Origin: an uncultured delta proteobacterium
GTDB lineage: Bacteria > Myxococcota_A > Polyangia > Fen-1088
Length of the DNA: 64,000 nt
Assembly (NCBI GenBank): GCA_963737265.1
Contig: CAVTRY010000011.1
Span: 256,001 to 320,000 of the forward strand
Direction of reading: 5' to 3'
In this document: positions 1-10,813 of the stretch, piece by piece
Position numbering within the stretch: position 1 is the first letter of the stretch
Layout: the number at the start of each line of letters is the position of its first letter
Translations under genes and position numbers: made by a program
The notes under the pieces: generated by a model
What the model saw: only the letters and a program-made list of their open reading frames with translations
Told to the model about the DNA's origin: nothing
Databases searched by the model: none

Positions 1-676
1 GATAGCCGCCGGCAACCCCGATCAGCAGACGATCTTGCGTGAAATGCTCGGCGTAGAAGCGCTTCACATCGTCGAGGCCAAGCGCGGACAAGCCCGCCAC
101 CGTGCCGGGCGTTGGATGCCCGTAGGCATGGCCGGCATAGATCACGGTGCCGAGGGCTTGCTTGCCCAGGTCCTCGTCGTCGTTCCCGCGCAAGGTTTTG
201 GTGATGGCGTCGAGCGCGTCCTGCTTGAGCCGGGTGAAGTCCTCGCTGGAAAAGCGCGGGGTCAGGATCTGCTCGGCCAGCAGCGACGCAAATGCCTCCA
301 GGTTGTCGCGGTGGACGGTGCCGGTGAAGACGAAGGCGTCCTTGTCCCCGTAGACGTGAATATCCGCTGCCATCGGATAGAGCGCATCCAGCACCTCGGA
401 CCACGTCCGCCGTACCGTGCTGCCTTCGCCCAGCATCGCGGCGGTCAGTGCAGCCAGCCCTTCGCGTCCCGCCGGGTCGTCGGCAGCCCCGACCTGGAAA
501 ACCAGACGGAGCGCGACCAGCGGGCTATTCGGTGAAGGCAGCCGGACCACGCGAATGGGGCTGGCCTCCGCATGGGCGAGGGCAGGAGCGGCGGCCATGG
601 CCGCGACAGAGAGGAGCATAGCGAAAAACCTCCGGTGAAACGCGAACGAGTTCAAAATGCTTGGCGCGGCGGTCAT
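1..676 (-). CDS. M16 (pitrilysin/insulinase) family peptidase, probably the non-catalytic partner subunit; runs off the window edge
   Basis: Manual translation gives MLLSVAAMAAAPALAHAEASPIRVVRLPSPNSPLVALRLVFQVGAADDPAGREGLAALTAAMLGEGST, the M16 N-terminal pattern without HxxEH. The ATG at 676 overlaps the stop of the upstream M16 gene (ATGA). Confidence 0.85.
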   Translation of the reverse strand, partial: MTAAPSILNSFAFHRRFFAMLLSVAAMAAAPALAHAEASPIRVVRLPSPNSPLVALRLVFQVGAADDPAGREGLAALTAAMLGEGSTVRRTWSEVLDALYPMAADIHVYGDKDAFVFTGTVHRDNLEAFASLLAEQILTPRFSSEDFTRLKQDALDAITKTLRGNDDEDLGKQALGTVIYAGHAYGHPTPGTVAGLSALGLDDVKRFYAEHFTQDRLLIGVAGGY

Positions 677-2079
677 TGTACCCCGGCAGCTTCGGCAGCT
701 TCGGCAGCCTCGGCAACTTCCGGTTGAAGCGTGACCACGGTGCGATTCCGAGGCGTGAAGTACTTTCCGGCCACCCGCTTGACGTCGGCCGGGCTGACCT
801 CGGCCAGCAGGGCGAAGGTGTCGTCGATGGCCGACAGCCTGCCGGCGAGGGCCAGGAATTCCGCCCCAATCAGTGCTACCTTGTCGGCGGTGGCGAGCTG
901 GCCGGCAAAGGCGTAGCGGGTGTGCGACACCACCTCGGCCAGGGTCTTGTCGCTCATGCCATCGGCCGCGATACGGGCGATTTCGTCGTAGATGACCTTC
1001 TCGACATAGGCCAGGTCCTTGCTGTCCTTCACCCGGGCGAGAATCGTAAACAAGTTGGGATCCACGTGGCGTTCGCACGCCCCGTCGACGATCTCCACCT
1101 TCTGCTCGTCGAGCACTAGGCGGCGGTAGAGCGGCGAGCGCTCGGCGAACACCAGCTCCGACAGGACTTCCAGCGCCACGGCGTCGATGCTGGAGGTCGA
1201 GAACGCGGGCCCATGAAAGCCGATGAGCAACATGGGCAGGCTGGCGCCCTTCCACGGCACGGTGGCGCGCCGTTCGCGGGTTTGCGGCGGTTCGACGGGA
1301 ATGGCCGGGCGAGCGGGCCCGGCGCTCCAGCCACCGTAGTGTTTCTCGATGAGCGGCATGACCTGCTCGCTGGTGACATCGCCAACCACCAGCAGCAGCA
1401 CGTTATCGGGCCGGTAATAGCGGTCGAAGAACTGGCGCGAATACGGAAACTGATTGGGCATGTCGACGATGTCGCGCAGAAAACCGATGGTGGTGTGCTT
1501 GTAGGTGTGGGCCTGGAAGGCGCTATCGTAAAGCGCCTCCACCATGGGCTGCAGCGGATCGGACGCGCCCTTGTTGTATTCGCCAAGGACCGCGCGCGAT
1601 TCCTTCTGGAATTCCGATTCGGTGTATTCCAGGTGCTGAAAGCGGTCGGCCTCGATGTTGACGATGGTAGGCAGTGCCGAGGCCCCCGCCAGGATGTGGT
1701 ACACGGTCATGTCGTCCGAAGTGAACGCGTTCGAATCTGCGCCCATGGCCTTGATCGCGGCGTTGTACTTCTCGGTCGAGAACTGCCGGGTTCCGCGGAA
1801 CATCATGTGCTCAAAAAAGTGCGCGAAGCCCGACTTGCCCGGTTCGACTTCGTTGCGGCTGCCGGTGCGGACGATGGAGTAGTAGGCCACGAGGCCCGGG
1901 GAATCGTAGTGAACGACGAAGACGCGCAGCCCGTTCGGCAACGTCTTCTGGGCGGTCGGAAATGGAAATGCCTTGGCCTCTGCGGTCACTTTTGTACCTC
2001 GCGAAATGGGCTTGGGGGCGGCACACGCGAGAAGGGCGAGGCCACCAGCGATTAGTGCGGTCGGCAGGGTGTGTTTCAT
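673..2079 (-). CDS. M16 family zinc peptidase, catalytic subunit, lipoprotein
   Basis: GFAHFFEHMMFRGT (HxxEH), SNAFTSDDMTVY, lipobox LALLAC. Start could be 2079 or 2088. Confidence 0.92.
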   Translation of the reverse strand: MKHTLPTALIAGGLALLACAAPKPISRGTKVTAEAKAFPFPTAQKTLPNGLRVFVVHYDSPGLVAYYSIVRTGSRNEVEPGKSGFAHFFEHMMFRGTRQFSTEKYNAAIKAMGADSNAFTSDDMTVYHILAGASALPTIVNIEADRFQHLEYTESEFQKESRAVLGEYNKGASDPLQPMVEALYDSAFQAHTYKHTTIGFLRDIVDMPNQFPYSRQFFDRYYRPDNVLLLVVGDVTSEQVMPLIEKHYGGWSAGPARPAIPVEPPQTRERRATVPWKGASLPMLLIGFHGPAFSTSSIDAVALEVLSELVFAERSPLYRRLVLDEQKVEIVDGACERHVDPNLFTILARVKDSKDLAYVEKVIYDEIARIAADGMSDKTLAEVVSHTRYAFAGQLATADKVALIGAEFLALAGRLSAIDDTFALLAEVSPADVKRVAGKYFTPRNRTVVTLQPEVAEAAEAAEAAGVQ

Positions 2080-2177
2080 GTCACGCAACTAGCCCTGGAA
2101 TAGCACGCTCACGCAGCTTCTGCGGTATATTCAAGCACAAATGGGACCCACGCAAAGCGTGCTGGTAGCGCTGGACT

Positions 2178-4385
2178 CTATCTTGTTCTTCGCCGTCGAG
2201 CTCGAGCCGCCAAGGTTGCGGCAGCGAAGACCAGGATCCAATAACCCGAAGAACTGCCGCGGGAGCCGAGTGCGCAGGAGCAGCCGGCGTCGCTGCCTGC
2301 GGCCTTCCCAGAACCTCCTCCCGTGGTGCCGCCCGCGCCGCTCGTCTTGCTGCTCCCGCCGCTGGCCATCATGCCGCCCGCGGCTCCTCCCACCGGAGCC
2401 CCACCTGGGCCCGCAGCGTCGCCATTGCTGCTTGCGCCTCCATTGCCACCTGCGTTCGTCGCGCCCGCCGCGTCGCCTCCGCGACCGGTGGAGCCCCTGG
2501 ATCCTGTGACCCCAGTCGCCGGCGAACCGCCGGCAGCGCCACCGCTGCCCACGGCGCCACCGTTGCCCGTCGCGCCTCCTCCGCCTCGCCCAGCAGCACC
2601 ACCTGCGCTGCCGCCCGTCGTTCCGCCGCTGCCCGAACCGCCGCCCGCCCCGCCCGCGCCGCTCGCTCCGCCCATGCCACTCGTCCCGCCAGTGCCACTG
2701 GTTCCGCCCGCACCGCCCAGCGTGTACATGAGCGCGCTGTCGTGCGGAACATCCACCGAGATGGCAGTCGTCATTCCCGTCACGTCTGCGCGGTGCCAGC
2801 AATCCCGAACCGTCGGCGTGCCGGTGATCCCGAGTTGGGAAAACGTGACTGAAACCGTCGCATCCTGCGTCCCGCGATTGAACAAAGCGACCGCCTTGCG
2901 TCCGCCAGACAGATCCTTGGCCCATACCTCGGTGCTGCCCGAGGTCGCGATCTGTTTTCCACGGGCGCCCAGGGCGTCCTGATTGATCGCCAGCACCTCT
3001 TCATTGGTGAGCAGGGCAAGGGTCCATCCGTCATTGGCGAGCTTGCTGGGCATGCCGCCAAAGATGAGCGGCGACGGCATGATCGACCACAACGTCATGA
3101 CCTGGACCTGTTGATTGTGGCTGAAGGCACACGGCCGGCTGCCTATGGTCCCGAGCGGGAGCATGTCGGCGTCCGGCCAGTGCCCCGGCGTGATACCGTT
3201 GGTCGTCGACCAGTTGAGCGCCGCCGTGAATTCGTCGGAAATCGAGCTCAGTCCGTTGGTGTCCCAGAAGTCGTTCACCTGCCGCCACATGTTGGCGCTG
3301 GCGTTGAGCACCGCCACATCCTTCGGTTGGATCGGACCCGGGGACAGGCTCAGGATCGTCGAGCGCCCCGTCTTCGCAATTGAATTATGTACCGCCTGCA
3401 CTTCCGGCGAGTGAAGGCCGCTGTCCGCGTACATGTCGTCCACCTTGACGAAATCGACGCCCCAGTCGGCGTACTGCTGATAGATCGAGTCGTACCAAGC
3501 CTTGCCCGCGGCGCTGTCCGCGTTGACGCCAAACATGTGGTTATCCCACGAGCAAGTGTCGCTCGTGTTTCCCGCCTGCGACGCCGTGTAGGCTGAGTTG
3601 GCAATGGGCGAGTTGGCCGTGACCGACTTGCGTGGAATACCGCGCATCAGGTGAATACCAAACTGCAGGCCGAGCGCATGCACCTCGCCGGCAAGCGTCT
3701 TGAATCCATCGTTGCCAATCGCGGACGGGTACTTGGTCTTCGAGGGAAGCCAGCGCCCGTTGGCATCGATCGTGTCCTCCGGGTCGTACCAGAGATAATC
3801 AATCACAATCGTATTCCAGCCGTACGGCTGGAGTAGCGTCTTCAGCGCCTGAGCCTGAGTTTCCACATCCTTTTGCGTAACAGATGCAATAAAGGAATCG
3901 TAGCTGTTCCAGCCCATGGGTGGCGTCAGCGCCAGGGTCGAGCCCGCCGTCAGGGTCAGGGTGGCGCTTGCGCTTCCCGAGCTGTTGGTGACGGTCACGT
4001 CGATGGCATAGGACCCAGCCACCGGCGTCGTCCCGGCAATCGTTCCCGACGTGCCGTCGATGGTGAGTCCGCTCGGCAAATCCGTGGCCGCATACTTCAG
4101 AGGCTCTTGTCCTGTCGCTGGGATGGTGTAGAGGAAGGGGCTTCCAGGGAGCGAGCCGAGGACGGTTGGGCCGAGGATTCTCGGTGTCGCGGGTGGTGCG
4201 GCCATGGAAATTGCGATGTCGGTGGCGGCAGCCAATGCAGGTTCGGACAGCACCGTCGCGCCCGCTGAAAGCAAAGCCAGCCGGCAGTACCGCAGCCATG
4301 TCACTCGCCAGCGGTGGAGAGCTCGTCGAGGGGGAGCGCGATCTTCGGGAGCGATGTTCTGTTGGGAAAGATCTGCTGCTGCCAT
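2178..4385 (-). CDS. GH27 alpha-galactosidase-like glycoside hydrolase with putative Ig domain, Gly-rich linker and MYXO-CTERM
   Basis: TPPMGWNSYD, IVIDYLW, WGVDFVKVDD, WPDADML. C-terminal GCSCALG-hydrophobic-RRRR tail. Start approximate. Confidence 0.88.
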   Translation of the reverse strand: MAAADLSQQNIAPEDRAPPRRALHRWRVTWLRYCRLALLSAGATVLSEPALAAATDIAISMAAPPATPRILGPTVLGSLPGSPFLYTIPATGQEPLKYAATDLPSGLTIDGTSGTIAGTTPVAGSYAIDVTVTNSSGSASATLTLTAGSTLALTPPMGWNSYDSFIASVTQKDVETQAQALKTLLQPYGWNTIVIDYLWYDPEDTIDANGRWLPSKTKYPSAIGNDGFKTLAGEVHALGLQFGIHLMRGIPRKSVTANSPIANSAYTASQAGNTSDTCSWDNHMFGVNADSAAGKAWYDSIYQQYADWGVDFVKVDDMYADSGLHSPEVQAVHNSIAKTGRSTILSLSPGPIQPKDVAVLNASANMWRQVNDFWDTNGLSSISDEFTAALNWSTTNGITPGHWPDADMLPLGTIGSRPCAFSHNQQVQVMTLWSIMPSPLIFGGMPSKLANDGWTLALLTNEEVLAINQDALGARGKQIATSGSTEVWAKDLSGGRKAVALFNRGTQDATVSVTFSQLGITGTPTVRDCWHRADVTGMTTAISVDVPHDSALMYTLGGAGGTSGTGGTSGMGGASGAGGAGGGSGSGGTTGGSAGGAAGRGGGGATGNGGAVGSGGAAGGSPATGVTGSRGSTGRGGDAAGATNAGGNGGASSNGDAAGPGGAPVGGAAGGMMASGGSSKTSGAGGTTGGGSGKAAGSDAGCSCALGSRGSSSGYWILVFAAATLAARARRRRTR

Positions 4386-4619
4386 GGGGCGAGTCTCCTC
4401 CGACCTTGGTCGAGTGTCCAACGCGTAAGCGAAACAAGCTGGGTGCTGGGGCAGCGAAATGCCTTTGCCGCGGCGTGCGTAGGCAACCAAACCGATGGCC
4501 ACGCCGCCCGGACCCATCCAAATTGAAGGCACGTCCAGCCTCGCCGAGGTCGACTACGCTGACCCGCCCAGCCCGAGTGGTGACGAACCGGAGCGCCGAA
4601 GGCGGTCCGAAGACGGGGC

Positions 4620-4905
4620 CAGGGATGGGCCTATGCCCTGCGCAGCAGGCCGGAATGATGTCGGTGCTCGCCACTTCATTCTTCAGCCAGTTGCAGGTGC
4701 CACAATTGGTGTAGGTCCCGGCGGCGCTAATCGACGAGTCGACCCAATAGGACATGAACTGCAGGTATGAATAGTTCGCAAGCGAGCCGCCATGGGCGGC
4801 CATGCCCCAAGCGAACTTGCAACCAAACGGATGCGTGGCTGAACCGCACGCGCCTGTGCCGGTGGAGATGGTTCCGCCAGCGCCGCCGCTCGCGCTCGAT
4901 CCCCA
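4620..4905 (-). pseudogene. Fragment of a secreted Gly-linker protein (CGSATHPFGCKFAWG...YLQFMSYWV...CNWLKNEV)
   Basis: Protein-like segment inside ORF 3799..4956 following a Gly/Thr linker. No start or signal peptide, and it degenerates on both sides. Confidence 0.45.
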
Positions 4906-5001
4906 CGACCGCTTGTGCCCCCGAAGGAGGCGACGCTGCTTCCAGCAACGCCGCAATTAGCCCCTCCGGAGGTTGGCCAGAATAGGCCAGAATAGCTATG
5001 G

Positions 5002-5481
5002 CTAGCCGGTGGGCGGCAGTTTCGTTAGGGCGGCTCGAAGAGCGCCGAGGTGACTGTTGTCCGCGGCCATCATGGCTTGGAACAGGCGCTTGCACTGCGG
5101 ATGGGTGAAGATGAGTACCTGATCGGCGTGCAACACGGTCATGGCTTCTTCAAAGTCGATGGCGGCAACCAAGGCCTCGTGCGCCGAGGGTGGGCGGACT
5201 TGAAATTCCTCAATCGTGGTCTCGATCGCCTGGCGAAGGTTGACGAGCGTCGACGCGTCGACGATGGCGGCCGAAATCGTGTCGGCCATGGTTTCAAGCA
5301 TCAGCGTGAACTGAGCCGCGTGGTTCATTTCCTCGCGCGCCGTTTTCTTCCACAGACGCGCGATGGCCGGATCGTCTCCGTGCAACGTGGCCAGCGCCTC
5401 GTAAAGACCAGCCATGGCAAACTCGAGCGCTCGGCACGCCGTCAGCACCTTTAATACTTCTTGCGCGCCGTCGGCGACCAT
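5002..5481 (-). CDS. Ferritin-like / rubrerythrin-family protein
   Basis: ALEFAMAGLY...AREEMNHA and FEEAM...ADNSHL: two ExxH-type helix pairs at the C-terminal end of ORF 5002..6657. Confidence 0.75.
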   Translation of the reverse strand: MVADGAQEVLKVLTACRALEFAMAGLYEALATLHGDDPAIARLWKKTAREEMNHAAQFTLMLETMADTISAAIVDASTLVNLRQAIETTIEEFQVRPPSAHEALVAAIDFEEAMTVLHADQVLIFTHPQCKRLFQAMMAADNSHLGALRAALTKLPPTG

Positions 5482-5492
5482 CGCGTTCAACC

Positions 5493-5570
5493 CTAGCAGC
5501 CCGTGGTGAAAGTCTCCACGTCGCCGTTCGGGCGGATTCTGGGCCCGAGATTTTGCACCGATCGGGCGAG
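5493..5570. mobile_element. Possible solitary IS end remnant (IS5/IS1182-like terminus)
   Basis: CTAGCAGCCCGTGGTGAAA; the minus strand reads ...DFHHGLL, resembling transposase C-terminus/IR ends with a CTAG target. No second end or transposase seen. Confidence 0.3.
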
Positions 5571-5581
5571 AGCACGGTACC

Positions 5582-6949
5582 ATGCACGCCCTCATGCAAG
5601 ACGAGCTCGTAGCCCAACGCCGCCTTTCCGCGCAGGCGCGCGCCCTGACCCTTGAAATTGCCGCCGAGGCGCGCGCCGAATGGGGCTTCGCGACCGACAT
5701 CATGGCCCGGGCACTGCGTGCAAATCGCCAGCTCGCAAGCGGCGACCGGCGCTTGATCGCCGAGACGGTGTACGGCCTTCTGCGCTGCGAGCGGCGCCTC
5801 GAGGCTATTGTCGACGAGATTCTGACCTCCGCCCGGGTGCCCAGGGAGCGCCTTCTGCCGGTCACGCCGATGGTCCGGCAGGAGCTCAAGCTGCTGGTGT
5901 ATGAGTTGCGCGGTGGTATTCCGGTGGAGGCGCTCAAGGCGGAGGCGCATCGGCTGGCCGGACGTGAAGTCGATCTGGCGGCCGCAATCGCGGACGACGC
6001 CGGCCTGGCCGGCCTAGTGGGCATGAACCGCGAGGCGATGCGGATCTCGTACCCGACCTGGCTGCTCGAACGGTTCACCGCCAGCTTGGGTGAGAAGGAT
6101 GCAGTTGCGCTGGCCGAGGCCATGAACACCCGCGCGCCTATGTCGGTGCGAACCAACACGGTCAAGGTTTCGCGCGACGAGCTTGCCCTGCGCCTGACCC
6201 AGGAAGGCGTCGACGCGCAACCGGCGCGCCTGTCGCAGGTCGGTCTGTGGTTGAAGACGCGGGTCAACGCCTTTGGCCTGTCGGCGTTTCGCGACGGCCT
6301 GTTCGAAGTCATGGACGAAGGCAGCCAACTCGTCGCCGAAGCCGTGGCCCCGCCGCCGCGCGGCCGCGTGGTCGACGCTTGCGCCGGGGCAGGGGGCAAG
6401 ACCCTTGCGCTGGCGGCGAGTCTGGCCAACCAGGGCCGCATCCTGGCGCTTGATTCCAATGGCAAGAAGCTGGAAGAACTGCGCCGCCGGGCTCGACGTG
6501 CAGGACTGTCCAACATCACCGCGCGCGAGGTGACTGGACCCGTGCTGCCGTCGGAGGCAAAACGCGGCGCCTGGGATCGGGTGTTGGTCGACGCGCCTTG
6601 CTCCGGGCTTGGCACTCTGCGCAGAAACCCCGAGGCCCGCTGGCGCCTCACAGCCAAGACCGTGGACGCCTTTTCCGCGGATCAGCTCGCCCTGCTGGTG
6701 ACCTACGCGCCGCTGGTCGCGATTGGTGGTCGCCTCGTCTATGCCACGTGCTCGGTGCTGCGCGAGGAGAACGACGGCGTGATCGAGTCCTTCCTGCGCG
6801 AGCGGCCAGACTTCGTCGTCATGCCACTCAAGGAAATCTGGGGCAAGGAACGCGCGCTGACCGTGGGCGACGGCAGCTTCCTGCGCTTGCTACCGCACGT
6901 GCATGACACCGACGGATTCTTCACCGCGGTGCTTCGGCGCAAGGACTAA
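5582..6949 (+). CDS. RsmB/NOP (Fmu/Sun) family SAM-dependent RNA m5C methyltransferase
   Basis: VVDACAGAGGKT, VLVDAPCSGLG, LVYATCS, TDGFF motifs. Confidence 0.92.
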   Translation: MHALMQDELVAQRRLSAQARALTLEIAAEARAEWGFATDIMARALRANRQLASGDRRLIAETVYGLLRCERRLEAIVDEILTSARVPRERLLPVTPMVRQELKLLVYELRGGIPVEALKAEAHRLAGREVDLAAAIADDAGLAGLVGMNREAMRISYPTWLLERFTASLGEKDAVALAEAMNTRAPMSVRTNTVKVSRDELALRLTQEGVDAQPARLSQVGLWLKTRVNAFGLSAFRDGLFEVMDEGSQLVAEAVAPPPRGRVVDACAGAGGKTLALAASLANQGRILALDSNGKKLEELRRRARRAGLSNITAREVTGPVLPSEAKRGAWDRVLVDAPCSGLGTLRRNPEARWRLTAKTVDAFSADQLALLVTYAPLVAIGGRLVYATCSVLREENDGVIESFLRERPDFVVMPLKEIWGKERALTVGDGSFLRLLPHVHDTDGFFTAVLRRKD

Positions 6950-7080
6950 TAGTAACCAGTCATCGACGGCGACGAAGCCACCCTTGGTCAGCGTTCACGT
7001 GAAGCATGCCATGCAGCTCGCGCGGGGCGTCTCTTCTTCCGTGCGGGTGCCGGCAATGCCCGCGTCAGCTCCCGAGCGTG

Positions 7081-9201
7081 CTACCACACACTGCAACGAT
7101 CGCGCCGTACCATCGCCGAGCCGGCCGGGCAGGCGAAGGCCGAGGCGAAGGCGGGCAGATTGCTGAGCGTGCCGTTGACCCGGAAGCGCGGCGGGGAATG
7201 GGGATCGACCCTGGCCAGGCTGCGCTCGAGCTCGGGCCGCCGGTTGGTGCACCAGGATTGCGCAAGGGCCAGGAAGAAGCGCTGCTCTTCCGTGGCATCG
7301 ACGAATGCCGCCGCTCCGACCGAGCTCGGCGTACGGGCTTGCGTCCGATGGAGCAGCGCCTGCAGGGAAAGCTTGACCCCGCCGAGGTCCGCGATGTTCT
7401 CGCCGAGGGTGAGCTTGCCGTTGATCGGGACCTCGTCGTAGGCGTGATAGCCGGCGTATTGCCTGACCACGCACGCGGTTCTCTCCTCGTACGCGCGTTC
7501 CACCTGCGGGGTCCACCACTCGCGCAGGTTGCCGCTCTTGTCGAACTTGCGCCCCTCATCGTCGAACCCGTGGGTCAGCTCGTGCCCCATCACCATGCCG
7601 ATGGCGCCGTCATTGGCGGCGTCGGGTGCGCTCACGTCGAAGAACGGGGTTTGCAGAATGCCCGCCGGGAAGACCATCTCATTGAGCTGAGAATTGTAGT
7701 AGGCGTTGACCGTCATGGGCGTCATGGCCCATTCCTGGCGGTCGACCGGCTTGCCGATCTTCGCGTACTGGCGCTCGCTTTCGAACGCATCCGCGGCGAG
7801 CACGTTGTCGGTGTAGTTGTGCCGGTCGATGTGGACGCGGTCGTAGCGGCGCCACTTCTCCGGATAGCCGATCTTGTCGTACACCGCGTGCAGCTTGTCC
7901 AAGGCCGCGGCCCGCGTAGGCGCGTCCATCCAGGCGATTTGTTCGAGATCCCTGGCGAAGGCGGCCTCGATGTCGTGCACCATGGACAGGGCACGCTGCT
8001 TGGAATCGGCGGAAAATACCTTCTTGACGAAAGGCTGAGCCAGCGCCTCGCCGAGGGCCGCATCGGTGGCGTCCGCACAACGTTTCCAGCGTGGCAGCAG
8101 GACCTTGGCCCCGGTCAGATTGTGGCTGGCAAACGCGAAGGACTCGTCGACGAAGCGCGGCCCCAGGGCCATGGCGTGGTCGGAAACCGCGTGCCAGCGT
8201 AGATAGGCACGAAGCTCGGCGAGCGGCGTGGCTTCGAGCAGGCGATTGAGCCCTATGAAGAATCCGGGCACTGCCACGTTGATGGCTCGGACTCCGGATA
8301 GATCGGCTACGAAGTAACGCTGCCACGGAAAATGCGGCGCGGACGCCTCGAGGCCGGCGCGATCGATCCGGTGGTACACGTTCTCCGGATCTCGCCGATC
8401 GACCAGCGACATGGAGGCTTGCGCGAGCTGGGTTTCGAGCTGCAGCACGACGTCGGCATCCGCGGCAGCAGCGGTCGTGGTCTCGCCAGCGAGGACGAGC
8501 ATGCGCGCGATGTGGCCGCGGTAGGCCTGGCGCAGCTTGCCCGATTCCGGATCCCGCTTCAGGTAGTATTCGCGATCGGGCAGGCCCAGCCCGCCCTGGT
8601 CGGCTTCGCCTATCATCTGCGTGGCGTCGCGAAAGTCCTGATCCGGGCCGAAGGCGAAGAACACGCCGAAGGCGCGGTCCTGCATCCAGCGCACGAGGAC
8701 GGCCAATCGGTCGAGGTCGGAGACCGCCGCGATGCGGGCCAGCCAGTCGGACAGGGCCGTCCGTCCGGCCTCCGCCACCGCCGGCTCGTCCATGCAGGAG
8801 GCGTAGAAATCGCCCACCCGACGCGCGTCGGGCTCGCCCGGGTTGACCTGCCCGGCGGCGTAGGCATCGAGGATGCCGTGCAGGATGTTCTGGTTGCGTT
8901 CGTGGATTACGGAGAAGGATCGTGTCCACGCCGGGCGATCGGGCGGAATCGGGGTGCGCGCGAGCCAGGTGCCGCACGCGTATTGATAGAAGTCCTGGCA
9001 GGGTGAGACCGAGTGGTCGATTGCAGTCGGATCGAATCCGAGCGCGACCGCATCCCCGGCAGCCGGCGCAGCGATGGGCGCGGGCGTGGGAGGCACCGGG
9101 TGGGGTTGGGGCGACGGACCCACTGCGGGGGTCGCCCGGCACCCACAAACCGCGAAGATCAGTCCGAGAAGATCTCTGCGCAGGAAAAATTGCATGGTCA
9201 T
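7081..9201 (-). CDS. M13 family metallopeptidase (neprilysin/PepO-like), lipoprotein
   Basis: PCQDFYQYACG, VNAYY, GHELTHGFDD, GENIADLGG, DPHSP. True start near MTMQFF, not at the ORF-track start. Confidence 0.93.
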   Translation of the reverse strand: MTMQFFLRRDLLGLIFAVCGCRATPAVGPSPQPHPVPPTPAPIAAPAAGDAVALGFDPTAIDHSVSPCQDFYQYACGTWLARTPIPPDRPAWTRSFSVIHERNQNILHGILDAYAAGQVNPGEPDARRVGDFYASCMDEPAVAEAGRTALSDWLARIAAVSDLDRLAVLVRWMQDRAFGVFFAFGPDQDFRDATQMIGEADQGGLGLPDREYYLKRDPESGKLRQAYRGHIARMLVLAGETTTAAAADADVVLQLETQLAQASMSLVDRRDPENVYHRIDRAGLEASAPHFPWQRYFVADLSGVRAINVAVPGFFIGLNRLLEATPLAELRAYLRWHAVSDHAMALGPRFVDESFAFASHNLTGAKVLLPRWKRCADATDAALGEALAQPFVKKVFSADSKQRALSMVHDIEAAFARDLEQIAWMDAPTRAAALDKLHAVYDKIGYPEKWRRYDRVHIDRHNYTDNVLAADAFESERQYAKIGKPVDRQEWAMTPMTVNAYYNSQLNEMVFPAGILQTPFFDVSAPDAANDGAIGMVMGHELTHGFDDEGRKFDKSGNLREWWTPQVERAYEERTACVVRQYAGYHAYDEVPINGKLTLGENIADLGGVKLSLQALLHRTQARTPSSVGAAAFVDATEEQRFFLALAQSWCTNRRPELERSLARVDPHSPPRFRVNGTLSNLPAFASAFACPAGSAMVRRDRCSVW

Positions 9202-9708
9202 GACGAGCAAAGGGATAGCAGAGAGGATGAAGCCGAGCGATGGGAGTTCCTCGACAGTGGCTCGGTCGGGGCCGATATTCCACGGTCGCTGCGCCGCAAG
9301 TGCGCGATGTGCATGCACAACTCCACGTGATGGAGATTCATCGGCAATCAATCGAGACGGCGGTGGACGATGGCCACAGGACCCGCACCCCGCACTACAA
9401 CCGCGTCCTTGGCGCTTTCGAGAAGCCCGAGATGAGAGCCATCCTGACCAGCCGGATCTCGACTGGGGCCGTGTCAGCACGCTCCCCGCGCGGGACGAAC
9501 CCGATGCGGGCGCGCAGGCGGAGCGTCGCCCACTCGAACAGGGCGCTCTCGGTCTCGTCAGGCTCGATGTCGCCCAAGGCGTACGTGAGCTTGCTTTCGG
9601 TCGGCGCGGTGCGAGGGGCCGCGCCGACGTGCGGCGCACTTCGTTGCGTTCGTAGCGCACACTCGAGGACCGTCGCGCCCCGTCGCCGGCCTTGCGGCCA
9701 GCTCGTAC

Positions 9709-9725
9709 ATGCAATAGAGTTGCAC
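9709..9725. promoter_or_regulatory. Putative Zur/Fur-family box (degenerate)
   Basis: ATGCAA-TAGAG-TTGCAC, matching the palindromes at 16858 and 17513. Confidence 0.55.
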
Positions 9726-9759
9726 CTCGTGGCGAACGACGATACTCGACCGGCGGGGC

Positions 9760-10590
9760 GTGGGCACGGACACCGTTCTCGGCCGGGTGGTCCAGCTCTT
9801 GGCCGAGGTCGAGAGCACGTCGGTCCCCGTGCTGCGCTTGTTCGAAAAGCGGGCCGGCGTCTGGCTGCCCCTGGTGTTGGCCGTGGCGGCAACCACGCTG
9901 TTTTTCACTCGGGATCTTTCCCGCGCGATCGCGGTGCTGGTCGCCGCGACACCGACGGCTCTGGTGGTGGCGGGCCCTGCCGCCGTGATCGCGGCGATGA
10001 GCGTCGCCACCCGCTTGCGCATCCTGGTGAAGAGCTCGGACTTCTTCGAGCACGCCTCGGAGGTGGATACGCTGATCCTCGACAAAACCGGGACCGTCAC
10101 CGTGGGCGCCCCGACGGTGGTGGACGTTTTGCCGGCGCCGGGCGTCGACGAGAACGAATTGCTGGCGGTCGCCGTCGCGTGCGGATTTGGCTCGCTCCAC
10201 CCTGCCTCGCGCGCCGTCGTCGCCGCCGGGGTGGCGCGGGGCATCGTCGCCGCCAGGCCCAGCGATGTCAGGGAGCGGCCCGGCATGGGGTGCTCGCGAC
10301 GGTCGACGGCCAACCGGCAATGCTGGGCCGCCGCGCGTTGCTCGTCGAGCACGGCGTGGAGGTCGAGGCCCACGGTCCCGAGGACGCGTCGCAGGTCTGG
10401 GTCGCCCGCGAGAAGCGGTGCCTCGGTTACTTCACTCTCCGCGATCAGCCCCGTCGTGAGGCCCGGGACGCTCTGCTCGCCCTGCGCGAACTGGGCATCG
10501 ACCGCTTCATCTTGCTGACCGGGGATCGCGCCGCCGCCGCGCGCGAGGTCGGTGCGGCCCTGGGGATGGACGAAGTCATCGCGGGGCCCA
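9760..10590 (+). pseudogene. Internal fragment of a P1B-type heavy-metal ATPase, frameshifted near 10290
   Basis: AATPTAL (CPC position), LDKTGTVT, SLHP, ERPGMG, then in another frame LRDQPR...LLTGDR. N- and C-terminal domains are missing. Confidence 0.8.
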
Positions 10591-10813
10591 AGATCTCCCG
10601 CTCAGACATGGAGGAACCCATAACCGGTCGCTACTGCGAGACGTTGCTCCTTTTGCGTAACTCCTGGCGCTTGCCTCCGCCATGATCTGGTGTGGCGCCA
10701 TGGCGGGCTCGACACACCTGGTGGCTTTGACCTCCTGCTGCAACGAAGTTGGTATTCGGACCACCCGTAAGATGTTCGTCGAGTCGTGATGGTTTCGAGA
10801 GTCACGGTATCCA

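Noticed and set aside
9395-9700. Minus-strand ORF downstream of the 9709 box (ESKLTYALGDIEPDETESALFEW)
   Set aside because: No clear start, RBS or family motif, so it cannot be supported as a gene.
7081-10320. 1079-aa N-terminally extended M13 peptidase
   Set aside because: The extension is antisense read-through of the ATPase fragment. The signal peptide begins near 9201.
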